Source of the DNA: Bugula neritina
Lineage: Eukaryota > Animalia > Bryozoa
Reading direction: 5' to 3'
Assembly (NCBI GenBank): GCA_964035545.1
Contig: OZ037771.1
Coordinates: forward strand, 7,101,190-7,165,189
Length of the DNA stretch: 64,000 nt
Part shown: positions 13,121 to 50,800 of the stretch, one piece after another
Layout: each line of letters begins with the position of its first letter
Position numbering within the stretch: the stretch's first letter is position 1
Made by a program: the position numbers and the translations under genes
Notes under the pieces: generated by a model
Told to the model about the DNA's origin: nothing
What the model saw: only the letters and a program-made list of their open reading frames with translations
The model's database searches: none

Positions 13121-14557
13121 TTGTAGATCCAGCAATTTTAACCTAGTAATATCAGCTATACCAAGCAAATTGTCAGTAGAGTTTGCCAATACATAAATCT
13201 TGGTATCCACAAATCTGTTGAAGTAGCCAATGCAAACCTTAGCTCTGCCTAGCACATTCACCAAAGACTTATCAACACCTGTAATATGCTTATCTGGTTC
13301 CTTTAATTTAATGTTCAACTTTTCTGCAGTCGCCTCAGTAAGTGTAGAAACTTCAGACCCAGTATCTAGCAAGAATTCTACACGCCTACCACTAACTAGT
13401 AAAGTCCTTGTTATTTTAGGACTGACATTGTGATTATAAGTCCCATCACTCTTTTTAGAAAACTTCACTGATTTTAGGGAGTCCATAACTCTGATCCTGT
13501 TTTCTCTCTGTTCCACATATCTCTTTTTGTGATGGTATCTTTTGTTATCAGAACAATCTTGAGGAATGTGGCCGAATTCCTTGCACATGTAGCAACGGGT
13601 TTTAGGACAGTTTCTCACATAATGTCCTGTACGGTCACATCTAAAGCATCTGCCATGACTTTTGTAACCATTTTGCAATTTATAACTACAATGTTGATAT
13701 GAATGACATGCCTCTTTTTTCTTTGAAAAAGAGTTGTCTCTATTGATAGAAATGGTCTTATCATAATTAGATCTATGTAGAACTTTATCTCTTTTCTTAC
13801 AATGTTCTGAGCTACCATTAGCTCGGTAAGAATATGTGAGTCTACCAATTGACTGTTCATCTATGCATTCATTGTTTATTGCATTTAAAGCATCCTCGGA
13901 AAGTTTACTTAAATGTGCAGCACGACTTTTCCTTTTCAGCTGTTCCCAGCTTAGATTAGCATGCTGCAACAAATGTCTACGTAATCCTGCATTTCTTAGA
14001 CCATTAACTGCTAGCGCAACTGCAAATCCCATTCTAACATCATCATTATTGCCAAAGTTTATTGCTCTACTTAGCTTCTCAACTCTTAGCAAATAATCAA
14101 TTTCGTTTTCTCCACAAGCTTGGGTCACAGTGACAAACTTTATGGTTTTCACATAAAATGTATCATCTCTATCATAGTGAGATTGCAGTAAGTCTAAGGC
14201 TAACTCATATCCATCATCAGAGTTATTATTTAAATCAAAACCTAATGACTGTAAAGTATCAAGACCTTCTGGCCCTACAGCTCCTAACAGAGCTAAAAGC
14301 TTTCTCCTACCTCTAAATTTGCTAACCTGTTCATCCCCTACTACTTCAAACCCTGCATTAAGGGAAGTAACTTCTATACTCAATTTAAATTGAATGAGCC
14401 ATGAGTTCCAAGATTTGGTTATGTTGCTTTCATCCAACTTTAATTTAGGAAAAGCATTAAGGTCTAATTTGATGTCTTCATGAGCCATACTACACTTAAG
14501 CAGTTTTAATAGAGTAAATAAGACAATGCAGCATTTCAATTGATTACCTATACTCAT
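13115..14557 (-). CDS. Ty3/Gypsy-type Gag + aspartic protease ORF (480 aa), no RT/RNaseH/integrase
   Basis: Two CCHC zinc knuckles (CFRCDRTGHYVRNC, CYMCKEFGHIPQDC), retropepsin motif FLLDTGSEVS and C-terminal NLLG, Gag capsid-like N-terminal half. Intronless and uninterrupted. Confidence 0.9.
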   Translation of the reverse strand: MSIGNQLKCCIVLFTLLKLLKCSMAHEDIKLDLNAFPKLKLDESNITKSWNSWLIQFKLSIEVTSLNAGFEVVGDEQVSKFRGRRKLLALLGAVGPEGLDTLQSLGFDLNNNSDDGYELALDLLQSHYDRDDTFYVKTIKFVTVTQACGENEIDYLLRVEKLSRAINFGNNDDVRMGFAVALAVNGLRNAGLRRHLLQHANLSWEQLKRKSRAAHLSKLSEDALNAINNECIDEQSIGRLTYSYRANGSSEHCKKRDKVLHRSNYDKTISINRDNSFSKKKEACHSYQHCSYKLQNGYKSHGRCFRCDRTGHYVRNCPKTRCYMCKEFGHIPQDCSDNKRYHHKKRYVEQRENRIRVMDSLKSVKFSKKSDGTYNHNVSPKITRTLLVSGRRVEFLLDTGSEVSTLTEATAEKLNIKLKEPDKHITGVDKSLVNVLGRAKVCIGYFNRFVDTKIYVLANSTDNLLGIADITRLKLLDLQC

Positions 14558-14620
14558 TCTTAATAAAATTATGATATAAACAAAGCAGTTGTTTATGTAA
14601 AATAAGATTCAAATATATAT
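14518..14620 (+). repeat. 103-bp direct repeat, right copy (contains the first ATG of the gag ORF on the - strand)
   Basis: Near-identical to 12556-12658. Confidence 0.95.
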
Positions 14621-15225
14621 AACCGATTTAGGCTGTTGATAATACTAATGCAAGTTGTCTTTATGTAGTGTCAGCGAGATGTATAAAATATTCTGCATAT
14701 TTTATTTAACCTTGAGCCTTAAAATTTTGTTGGATGACTAAAATATATTCATTTTTTTGACAAAAACCTGTTAACAAAATTTATGGTGATATAACACTAT
14801 CTGGTTTATCAAAATACTTAACATTTATTCACAAACTGGTTTACAGTATATCAGTGTGTTTGCGCTAACTTCTAAAATCAACTGACATGAGATTGCTGCT
14901 TGTGCAATTTTTCACTTATTGTAAAACTCTGTATTTGATGCTGTACTATATGACATCTTGCTGATAATTTTTAACACTCTCAATTTTGGTATTGAAGTTG
15001 AACTATTTTACAAGAAATATTACTAATATGCTAATATTTATAGGTCTACTATATTTTTCTAAGTATTGAAATAGTTTAATAAAGTTTATTAATTTGCAAA
15101 AAAGTGCTACAAAGTGAAGCTAGACGTTTGTTTGTCAGAAGTTCTTATGTTATATTGTATAAAATATCTCATCTCAAATCTGAAATGTTTGCTTAAAAAA
15201 AACAACATAATAATCTATTTCTGTA

Positions 15226-27526
<12,301 letters not shown>

Positions 27527-29029
27527 CTATTAATAGCAACTTTATAATTATTTATCATTTTATTTGCTCATTACATACTTACATACGTTACAAGTATACT
27601 GCTAATTAATTGTCACCAGTAGGCATTTTATTTATTTTATTTGATAGTCATTTAAAAAAAATGCATTGTGAATAAATGAAATGTCTACCCCGAATAAATA
27701 GAATTGAGCTCTTCAACGCATAATTAAAAATATTTCACTGAAGAAAAATTAATTTCTGCTACATATCTATGATTACAGAAGGAAGAAAATTTACTATTTA
27801 TATTTGAATTATTACCATCAATCATAAATTTGGTTAAATAGAAAGATACCATGCACATACTTTACTTTGAAGATACAACATTTTCAGTTAAAAGGTATAT
27901 TTTTTATTACTTATGACAAAAGCTGTCTAAACATCTGTAGAATTACAAGCAACTTGCGTGATAGTCCAAAGTCTTATTATTATAGTGAAAGTTAAGCATG
28001 TCTTCAAAATATTTGAATATAGACAACTATAAAGACTATTATAGAAGTATGTGATTGGAATCACTGTGACACATGCAGTGTTATTCAAATCGGATTGAGA
28101 AGTAAATGCATAGTTAGCATATTGATCAGGGATCAAAGCATGTTTCAACAACATTTGAAATAATCCTACCTTTTGTTAGCCCCTTTCTGGTGATCATGCA
28201 CCCTATAATATATAGCATCATTAAAATTTTAGACTTCATATTATGAGTTATAAAAAGTAGTTTAAAACAACTAGTAGATAGCTATCAGATAAGTGTACAA
28301 CAATTAAACACAGAACGCAAGTAGTTATGTTTAAATAAAAAAATTTCAAAATCAGTGTTGGGTTACATTTAACAACAAAATTTCGCAAATTTTGAATATA
28401 GCTACACTTAGTGCTTTGTCGCTCTCTAAAGTAAATTGTGTCAACTATATGATAATGAGACAAATACATATAACTATGTAAATTTTAGGTTTTTTTTGAT
28501 TTGACATTTTGATAATAAAATATATTTATATATGATTTGAAAAACAACTTTAACAAAAAGAAAGTACTTTGGCAAAAATTATATTAATTGTATTTCTAAT
28601 TAGAAATATAGCTATTGATCTCATCAGATTCACTTAAATCCAAATTATGCAAAATTATGATATTCGCATCTTCAAAGCGTTTATTATCAATGAGGAGTAT
28701 TTATTCTATTATATTATTATTGGCAGTTGAACTAATTTTTAGTAAAATTAAACTTGATTCTATTAATTTATTGAATATAATAAATTAATATTTGTATCCC
28801 AAGTAGTTTATGGAATTTAGCCGAGCTTGAAAAAAATATGAATATAATATAAAAAAATATTACATTCGAATTGCTATTGTGCATATTTCAACAACAAAAA
28901 TAATTATAACATTACTGGCTCACTAAGGAAAATGCTAAATAATTGTTGCACTTAATTTAAAACAATGCTTGCAAAAAATGCTTAGATGTGCAAAAACTCC
29001 TTTAGTTTTAAAATTGTTAGGTAGTACAA

Positions 29030-39764
<10,735 letters not shown>

Positions 39765-41866
39765 AAAGGTAAAACAAAATGTTATTTTCTTTTATCTATA
39801 AGCTCAACATTTAGAGTGTAGATAACAAATACTTTTATGTCTGGTTCTAGAAGATGGTTATAATACTATTGTAAAAAACCTCTCTATCAATTTATTCATT
39901 TTTAGTGTCTACGGCTTGAAAAATAATAAGTGAAAGCAGTAAAACTTATTTGAAAACCACGGTGTTAGTACATATACCACACTCTCAAATTCCATAACCA
40001 TATAGAAAAGTATGAGTCATGGTCTAATATTGACACGCCTTTAGCTACTGTAACTCAAACAAACACTATAAAAGTATATTTTTTATCCAAAGAAAAACAT
40101 ATCTACCAGGTCTCTTTTATTCTGTAAAAATTTGGCTACCAACTAATTTTGAAAAAAAGCAAAATAATGAGACTCAAATACAATTCTAACTATTAATAAG
40201 AAAGGCAAAAGAAAGAGTCTCTAAAATTTACTTTTGTTACTTGTACATAAATTTATAGTAAGCAATAAAAAACTTTACCTTGACCTACATTTATTGCATC
40301 ACTAACTACTATATTTGGTGCATATAAATAATATAATAAGCTTGGCCAGATGTTTTTAAAACAGGCCTAAACTTATGTTATAGTTTGTATTCCCATATTA
40401 GTAACAATTTGCAAATATTTTAGTTTCTGATGAAGAATGAGAACACTCCACACGCATATAGCCAGCTGCTATCAATACAAAAGGAAATTGAATGAAGTCT
40501 TTTTAAATACATGGGCCTTAAGATGAAAGTTAGAAACAGATACTCAAAATTTAAAAGCAGATTTGAAAGTTAACTTTTTTCGCTTGAAGTTCTGTTATTA
40601 TTCTGCAGTCATATTAGCATTATTTTTAATGAAAACCGAAGGTTATTGACCCTAGCAACTATGACAATGCCAATTGGTAAAAGACCATGATACTTTTGAA
40701 CTAAAAGCTGCTATAGCTTGATGATTTTGTTTAATTAAGATTTTGTCAACTGTTGAGTTTATTCAATATGTAGATGAAATTTCAAACTGCTTAGATTTAT
40801 AACTGCAAACAGTTTATTTTATTAAATTATTGCTCCTAAAACTGATTGATCTGCTTATAAATGTTGTATGTGTCAGTAAAAATTTTCAAAGAGACTTTAG
40901 CATTATTATTTAATTATGTTGAAATAAAAATGTGCAGAAGATTTTTGAAAACTCATAACTTATTTTTTGATCGTTGGGTGCTATACAGAAAAAGAATCAC
41001 ACTGAAAGACTCAAAGATTTGCTTTAAATTATACCTGTTAAAATAGAAGTCATCAAGCTTGATGATTTTAAGGTTATTCCAAAGTGATACAGTGTGCAAT
41101 TGGTTTTCAGAATCGATTACTTTGCATTATAATATGTATATTATATTATAAATACATTATGCTTTATATTAAACAGATTTCGAAAGAGCCATAATTGTTT
41201 AAAAAAACAGTCATGTGTAGCTGATGTTTACAGTTTAAATATACTAAATCAGGAAATAATCAAGTGAAGCTACAAAAGACTTTCTCTGCCAATTAACTTA
41301 GTGATTCCAAGAACTTAAGCCAATCAAATGTTATTTGCAGTATTTCTTATTCTGCACAACTTTAAGTTTATAACATCTAGATATACATATCATATATAGC
41401 TCAATATACATATATATTCCATGCATGTAGCTATGTACATAATATGACTAAAATAATGAACAACTTATATAATTTATTTATAAATAGCATAAATTATATT
41501 TGGCTAACAAATTATTACATGGGCAAGCTGTGATTTAAAAAAGTCTTGTAAGAAAGCTCAATGTTAATTGTTGCTCATAGATTTATTTCAACAACATAAA
41601 AAACTAAGTCTGTAAAACAATGATAATGTAAATTTACAATTCAATTAGTTTGTAATATTAGATTTCCGTAATAACTTTAAAGTTTTCGATCTTGAATCAG
41701 AACTTTTGTTATACAACTTTACTAGTAAATTTGTTGGTTTAGTTTTAGCACATAGTGATTAAAATATATGTAGATGAGACACTAAACGATTTAAGTTTGA
41801 AATATATTGTCATTTGTTTTATTGTTCTTATAACATATTATTATGAGTAAAAGAATAAAAAGGTGG

Positions 41867-44800
41867 CTATTTAGTTTTTCTCATATTACTAACAGCTTCA
41901 GTATCATTAGTTGGTGATTTAAATGTTAAAACTTGGTAAAAGTTATCTTTTGAAGTAGGTTCAGCTGCGTTTGGGATCAGGTGGTCATCTTTCACTATAT
42001 CATGAACCGACATTACTACTTCTTCATTGATTCCTCTCAAATTCCGCATTGTTTTGCTAAAAGAATAAACATGATAACTTTCATTTCTTCCGTTTTTTTC
42101 TTAATTTGAATTGTAACTTGACATATATAATATATTAGATATTTTAATGAATAGGTACTTTTTATTTGACAACTGCTTTGTACCTGCTATAGTAAAACCA
42201 GGGATATTTAGACATTTTCATAAGTGGCAACGATATAACAAACTTATGGACTTATTATAGCTTAAACATTTTTTGAGTTTTGAATCAACTTCATCGAATT
42301 TTGAGTAAATTTTAGAACAATAAATTAAAATTAATTTTTTTGCATAGCAAAATATAGCAGGTCATTATTTTAACAGCTATCATAAAAAGCAGGCATCTAT
42401 AATAGCAAAAGTATGTTTTTAATTTAAATTAATTTACACTGACGACTCACAAAAATACATACTCAACACCTGCATTCAGATTAGTAAATAACAAGATATA
42501 AAGCAAAATTGGGACAAATTTTATACATTTCATTATTTTCTTCATCCTCTTCTAGTACTCCAAAATGTCTTCCACCAACATAAGAGAAGACGCCAGATCT
42601 TATTGATTGTGTGTAATAGTTTCCAGGCAAAAAGCTATATTGCATAACTGATCTGGTAAATTCCTGTGCAGCGAAAGCGACATCTTCAGTTTGATCATTC
42701 AACTTTGTCACTTTTGTTCTAAGAAAAATAAAACAAACAAATAAAAAATATGCCATACGAAGCAATAAAGCATGCCAACGGTTTTAAACGGTGACATAAA
42801 TTATATTTTCATACAAAAACTCAATTGCAAATTAGTAAAAACTACTTAAAGCTTTACTATTTGCCCTATGCTAAACAGTTTGTTGATTTTATATTTTTAT
42901 AAAAACATAAAAAAGCTAAATTTGAAACGTAAATGTTCAAATAATAGATTTAAGCACCAGTAATCATTATCAAAGGTCCACAGTATTTATCTTTCTACAA
43001 TATGCTGCAGCAGCTTTAATTTTATGATTTATTGATGTATAAGCAATTCACAAAGTTTTAGCTACACAGTGAAGTAGCTATGTTTATTTAGCTTTTGTGT
43101 TTGTTTAAATGGCAAATAATTAAAATTTATCTGCTTTTAAATTCATTTAAAAGCATCTGTGACATATTTGCATTTCAAGTAAACTTATAAATATTGAATG
43201 CACTACCCATGAACTTTTATACTATTACGTTTTAACACAAAAAAATGCTACTGCATGTTAATAGAATGTGAAATCTGAGTAATCATATATAATTAGTCAG
43301 TGAAAAATTAGGTTGAACAGTCACCTACTTTTTTTTACTAAATTTCCATAATTCTGTATGCATGTGCAAATTTTACCAGCAAAATGTACAGTTTATGCCA
43401 TTATAACCCGCAGATAAAATGTAATTAAAACTTCCTAAAATGTTTTACTTACTTATATATTCCGTAACCCATACATGTTATTAGGATTATCATTCCCAAA
43501 CCTCCTCCAAACACAACTAGTAGTAGAATGGTGGTTGATACGTCAGTAGCTATTTCTAGAATAATATTGTAGTATATACAATAATGATATGTAATTAGCT
43601 TGGTTGAAAACTACTTAAGCAATTTAATGCTCATAGTTTTATTGCAAAAACCTGTAATGAAAATAGAAAGGTTTTTTAATATATGGAGCTAAAGATTTAT
43701 TTGAATGCGTCTCAAAAGCAATTATGATTGAATGCTCTTCTTACCATCACCAATTGACCTTTGTCCGGTTTGAACCTTTGATGATTAATAAGCAAATGCT
43801 CTAACTCCTGATTTTATTGCAAAAGTTAATCTCAAATCAAGTTTACTCTTTGTTTATTAATTGATTTTTTGTAAAATATATAATTTTTAGCAATTCTTGC
43901 AATTTTTTAGAAGATTTCTCACCAATACAAGTGGATGTTGGAATCCATATTCCACTTTCACCACATTCCCATAAGGTTTCTGAGCTAGCATCATCTATTG
44001 CAATTAATTCATACTCCGCGTTGCACCTCAGCTCATATTTGCTGTTTGGTGGAAAGTATCTTCTTGTGGAGCCGCTAGAGTCAACCAACTCACCATTCAA
44101 ATCATTTGGATGTGGACATAGTTGCTCTGAAACAAATCGATGAAAAACAATTAATTTATCAGTATAGGCGTAAGATGTGCTATGTACTGTGTATAAGTTA
44201 TATTGCAGTAACTATAAGACAATAAATGAGGGTTGATTTGCGCTGTAGATATTTTTCCCTTGTGTAATACTGATCTTAATTTATAAATTAGTTCCCTTAA
44301 AGTTGTAAACGAGTAATTATGCCATGCAACCAGTATATCTATTCCTCTACTGGACATTTTAAGTCCTATCACGGCTCGGCGAAGTATGTATGCTATCACA
44401 AACTACATAGCAAAATTGTGGTTTGTCTATAACCAATTCTGTGTTCAAGTAAAAATTAGGTTTAAATAATTTATCTTCAAGAGGAATTAGAATATTTATT
44501 GGCATAAGCCAATAGCTAAAAGTATAAAATAAATCACATGAAACTAAAAGGTACTATAATTGAAATTTTCATTTGATTATTTTTAACTCAAATTCTAGAA
44601 ATATTTTTAAAACAATCTGTAGTCAGCTGCTGAGTTATTTCCATATAGATCAACACTTTTTGGCTATTGAATAATATTGCAATGAATACTTATGGTATCT
44701 AATTTTTGATAAAATGACTCAATGGGCAAGCAAATTTTGTTGCATCAGTATTAAAATGAAATAAATATATATTTTAGTCACACAATTTTCAGCTATATGA

Positions 44801-47800
44801 CTCAACTGGACCCCAAGTGTTGTTATTGCTTACAGCCTTTTCAATGTCAATAATTTTTCAAAAAATCAAAGTTTTTCCTGCAGCTTAAGTGTATGTATAT
44901 TACAAAAACATCCGGCACATAGATACAGTAAAACAAGGAAGTTGATAGAAATACAAGCATAAGAGCTCCATAGTTTAGCTACAGCTTATAAAATCCCATT
45001 TAAAACTTCTTTTCTAGATATAAGTTCAAAAGTTTTGACTAGGTTGCAATAAATTTATATAGCCATACTGAACAATATTATGCTAAAAGCAACTTTAATA
45101 GATTCACTACTACAGCTATGACTTACAATGCTTGCCCGGTTATATACTTTGATGCCACTTACGGAGAGTGAAAGCAACAGCATTGCTGAAAGAACTATTT
45201 TGCCCTTTAGACTGAGACATGGCATACGCAATGTACTCTCCACTCCTGAATGTGGGCCGAACTGCAAGCTCTGTCGGTAGAGGTTTATATGTAAGTTTTC
45301 TTTCAAAAACACAAGTTGTGTTCATGTTTCCCAGACAGACTCGGACTATTACTGCATCTTGCCTTCCACCAGTGACAAAAGACCAGCCAAACGTCTTTGT
45401 AGGCAGCAAATTGTCAGACTTTAGAACAAAGTTCACAGGAGGTGATGGAGCTATTAGGTAAACAAAAACCATGTTTTAGCAAATCAATAACATTTTAAAA
45501 ACTTTCACATGTGTTGTAAATTATATTTAAAACATTATTAACGAAAGTTATTATATGCAATACAAAGAAGATCTAGAAAAAATATATTGATGTACAAAAT
45601 TTTTCACAGCCTATAAACTATTTTTTTGTAAAAAGAATAGTGTTTATTAGTTTGCCTACGTATTATAAGTATAATTAAAGTGAGTTCATTGTCTTTAAAA
45701 AAATGGTGTAAACATTTATACAACGCCGGCAAAAATTAGCTTGCATTCTTAACAAATACATACGCAGCTTTATGACAGTTGATGTAGCTGGTGCTGTCAA
45801 GTCATTTGCTCCAACTGGTGTAGCACTAAACTTGTAGGTAGCTCCTGGAATAGGATGACCATTTCCTATTTGGTAAGTCTCACTAAAGCTAGTGTCGTCA
45901 ACTAAATAATGAGATTATTATTATTTTTGAGCATGTATTTTGCCTAACCTCAACGTCCAAGTAGCATATGTGCATATTATAGTTTGAACTAGCACTTAAA
46001 TAATCAGCAGTAAATTTATTAACATAAAACAAAATTGCAAAATAAATTTTTTTTTGCAGCCTATGACATAAATTTCACCTATTATTATAAATAATTTAAA
46101 GAGTTTTGAATGAAAAATGACATTTTTTTAGAAATTTATCATATAGTATTGAAGAGTAGTGAATTTATTAAAACTACCTATGATTTTAACAAACTCTCTA
46201 ATCAAGATCCGTTGTACTTCTTCTTCCAGGTAGACCGATACAATAACTTTCTGGATAGAACCTTTTACTTCATGCCAAAATACCCTCACGATGAAGTCTG
46301 TGCCACCAACAAAAGACGAGGTGGAAACTTGTGTGGGAATCACTTCAAAGCCTGTTAGTCTAGAAGGATCTGAAGCAACGGGTATTAGTTATAAGGATAA
46401 TCTTTTCAATTTTATTACATACGTAACTTTGACTAATTATACATTACATTGATCAAAGCCATATTATATTGCTTTTTCGACAAATTGCTACTCAATTTCT
46501 TTGAAAGTTCAACAACATAAAAATTTAATGCGTACAGATCTAAATTATCTTAATGGTACTCGTATCAAATGACAAGCATTCTATTGACTGCGGCTATAAT
46601 TCCTTTTACTAGTTACATATTTCATCCAGATAGGTATTGCTGTAATATTTTAGGCTTACTCAAACCTATTGCTCTGCAAATATGCAAACCAAGCTATAGT
46701 TGCATTATAGGTACATCAATGCTACTACAATAAGATGAATTCTATATTTAACATCAAACTTATCAAAATAGTTTGGCCAAAGTCTGCAGTACCACATATG
46801 CAAGCTTGTCCAATAAAATTTAGGCACGGTTAAGCCAGACGTTTCGTCACTCATTTATTAATAAAGGTTAACTTTTTAAATTTATAAATTGCCTAACAAA
46901 TTATATGTATTAACCTAAGGTAGTGGGAAGAAGTGCAAAAGTTAGAATAAAGTTCAAAGTAAGCTATTACAACCATAAGCCTAGGGCCACACGGTGCGTA
47001 TTTTCGCATGCGAAAATTGAAATCACAAGTAGCAAAGGTGTCCACTGTGCGCGTTGAGAAAACCTTTGCACTTGTCGCTCTGCATTTTCAACGCAAGTGC
47101 GAATCCTCTCTGTCGTCGTCACCTAATTGGCTGGTAGCTATTCAGCGAGCCCAATTTCTTTATTTAGTGCTATATTCCAGTTAATTGCGTTTTATTGAAA
47201 GCGAGTGCGATTTAAAAATGAAAGCTTTATTTATCACGCATCACTGACGCTACAGTGGACACCTTTGCTACTCGTGATTTTAATTTCCGCATACGAAAAT
47301 ATGCACAGTGTGGCCCTAGGCTAACAGTAATTAATCTTTTTTACAGCTAGAAAAAACATGCAAGTGAGATGTAAAATGCTTGAGTTGACAATGTTGCTAT
47401 AATAATTGTAAGATGCAAATATAAAAGAGCTACCTAATTTAATACAGTATATGGGAAATTACTATTAAATACCATGAAAAATGCAGGTTACTTTCATCTG
47501 CAACCTATTTTGATTTTAAAGTAATAAATAAGTTGTAAAAATAATTAATTCTTAGTATACGTATAAGAAACTTGGTAAAAAGGGGTGAGAGCGCTGGTTT
47601 AGTGAACATAATATTAGCAGTTCTGATGGGGGGGGGGGAGAAAGCCACTGATAATGTTAACAAAGCATTCAGTCATAATTTCTCCTTTGCTACAATATAT
47701 GCAACAAGCCAATAGCCAGGTTTAAAAAGCCCTTGCTATAATAGGGTTTTTCATATGGATAGCGACTATAAACCCATCTGAACTTTTTATGAGCCATTTT

Positions 47801-50800
47801 ACTTTGCAATAATAAAATTAATTCAGATATGTAGAGTAAAAGCCTACAGGTGTGAATTATTTTTGTGATAGTTTCCACGCTGTTGATTATGTAACTGGGT
47901 TCTTCAGTAAACACAGTTTTAAATCTAAACACACATTCAGAGCCTGACAGGAGATTCTTTATGGTGAATCTTGTTCCTTTCAACTACAATCAAGAATCAA
48001 ACAAAACCGTTTGTCTCATTTGATTAAAAGCAGTGTTATAAAAAGAAAAATGCGTAAAAATAGTAGTGTTTGTCAGCAGCATTGTGTCAGGTAGTTTTTA
48101 GCTTTAAGTCAGCTTTGGTAAGTTTTTAACACTAGAATCAGAAGTGTGACTGCTACTGAAATATGTTAACTTTTTTTCTACTATAATGCTAGTTATATTT
48201 GTGTATTGGTAATTAATATAAATAGTAACTGAAGTAATACCTCTTATGCATAAATGCAAAATATTTTCTCTAAAAATTTGCAAAGCATTACCTCATTATT
48301 CAAAGATTTTATTTGACATTTTTAAGCAGAAACGCTGATGCTAGTTGGCTAGTAAAATGTTTATGAGAGTTTTCAACTGCCGTTGATAAAAAGTTTGATT
48401 AATGTAATTTGTGTTATTCAAAAGTCACATATAAATATATAACATGCATAGCATTTGAAGAAGCTAGAATTTTTCTGCAAAACCTTTTGTTTTGACTCGA
48501 ATTTTAAATTGCCAAAATAAGTTGCATCGGATTGATTTGCAGCAAAATATGTAGTTAGTGGACTGTATATATTAACAAAACTTCATAAGTTAGTCTATCA
48601 TTCTAAACATCAAAAACATGATACGTTGCCAACATCTAAAACATGATGAAAAAAGATAATTGATATTATAATACATAAGTCCTATTTATATGTTAGTATG
48701 TGCAAATACAATAACCTATTATTGTACCCTGTGTCTTTTGAAATTTACTGCAATATATATTATATATACGAGTGAACAAACCTATAACATTCAATGCATG
48801 CAGGCTTTGCTCCTGCAATAACAACTTTTATTGTGACAATATATAATTTACCTGCCTTTTTCTGTCTGTCTGACAACATTTAAAGCTGCAGGTAGCTTGT
48901 ACATAGGAATAATCTGTCGAAGGTTCTGTCCAAATTATTACTATTTCATTTTCGTTTGGTGAGCTTCTAGCTGTTAGCATTACATTTTTTGGCAATGAGG
49001 GAGCTGCAAATACACATTGTCATTCACCAGGCATTTTAGTTGTGCTGTTTAGATTACATATACTATGCTGTAGTAAATAAGAGCTTTTAATCATTCAGTA
49101 AAAGTTATAAAACTAAGTAAAACTAGTTGCTTTCTTTTTAAAGATTGTGTCAGCCGTTTGATGTAAAATTGAGAGAGTAAAACAACAGTTACGGTTTTAA
49201 CTTTGTATTAGTATATTACTGAGAAATATTTCTTAAATTGTGGAACATCATGTAAACAACGATCATCATATTATTATTTTAAACTTTAAAAACAATTACA
49301 TTTCTGCTACAATTCCTATGCAAACTTATAGGTTTTTACTTTTGAAGAAATTTCCCAAAATGTATTTTGTTATATAGCACTATTATATAGTGAAACAATT
49401 AAACTTGACAATTGTTAATAGATTGAAAGCTATAGTTACAGCAAATTACTGAATATATGTATACTTGATTTCTCATTTTATTACTCTCATCAAAATGTAA
49501 TCCAAATTTCAAAGCTGAGTTTTTACATGCGCATTACAAACAACTTTTGGGTCAACCTGTTGAATAAACTACTTATTCTCACCTCGGTCAACTACAAGTT
49601 TTGAGCTTGGTAGACTTAAATAACCTGGCTTTACATGGTACAGGGTAAACTCCCATTTCCCGACTAGAAACTTGTCCTCGAGTACTACTGTGTTGATACC
49701 AGGGGATAGGAAGAATTCTTTCTGCCGACAGTTTTGGTTGCCGTAGACTTTGCACATCTCAATCTTCAGTCTATCATTAGTCTGATCTACTGTCACGGAG
49801 GCATCCACCGCATATATAAACTGGATACCATCATTGTCCTCTAAAACTGTTGTCCTTACTGAACCCAGTGGCTTCACTGCAAAATTGTACTTAAAAATCA
49901 TTGGTTACGCATATAAGAAACGTTAATAGTAAATAAATATCAAAAGTATATTGTGAATGCTAGATAATTTTTTAAAAAACATTTCTACTACAAGACCAAG
50001 GGCAGTTGTCAAAAACGTGTCAGGTTCATCATCAAACTACATATATTATTTATTTATAAACAGTAATAAAATGCAATAAGATTTTTGTTTGATTAGAATA
50101 TCTAAAAGAATATTCCAACATTTTTTAGAAATTGCCTGATACAGTTTAGGCTGCTGAGTGAATTTGAAAAAAATAAAGTTCAAAACCCAAAATCAAATTG
50201 AATTTTACACTAAGTTGCAGCAGAATGCTTGACACTTTATAGTTAAGTACTCCAAAAGATCACATTTTAGAAACATAGGTTTTCGTCTTGTAACAAAATA
50301 TAACAATTGATACTCTTAATAAACTTTATAACGAACAAATTATAGTTAAAATAACACCTTATTCCATGCAAGTATGCAAATAGGCCTATAACATGCACAA
50401 TTTGAAATACTGAAACTACTTCAATAAGATACCCACAAGCGCATGTCACTGTTTTTTCTTTGTTTTTCCAAGTTTTGCTCAATAAACATTTCCACTCCAC
50501 ATCCTCTTCTGATATGACGTATCCTTGATTGCACATTACTTTGCAAACATCTTCATACTTCCCAGGGTTGTTGGGATCAGCACATCTGACATTGTTATAT
50601 TCACCATACTGTACAATAGGCAGCGCTGGGCATCTCACACCTTATTATCATATAAAAAACAAATAAAGGTTTGAATTTCTGCTCTTAATTGCATATATAC
50701 TGACTACAAAACTGCATGATGAAAATGGGTAAATGTAAAATTTATAGGTAGTCTTGAATGATATGTAAAAGCATTACTAAAACCATGCTTTTAAAAGAAA

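Noticed and set aside
12556-14620. Complete LTR retrotransposon with the 103-bp repeats as LTRs
   Set aside because: The repeats lack TG...CA ends, no PBS or PPT was found, and pol domains beyond the protease are absent.
43931-46358. Plus-strand short ORFs overlapping gene C exons (similar ones overlap genes A and B)
   Set aside because: Antisense or off-frame shadows of real exons.
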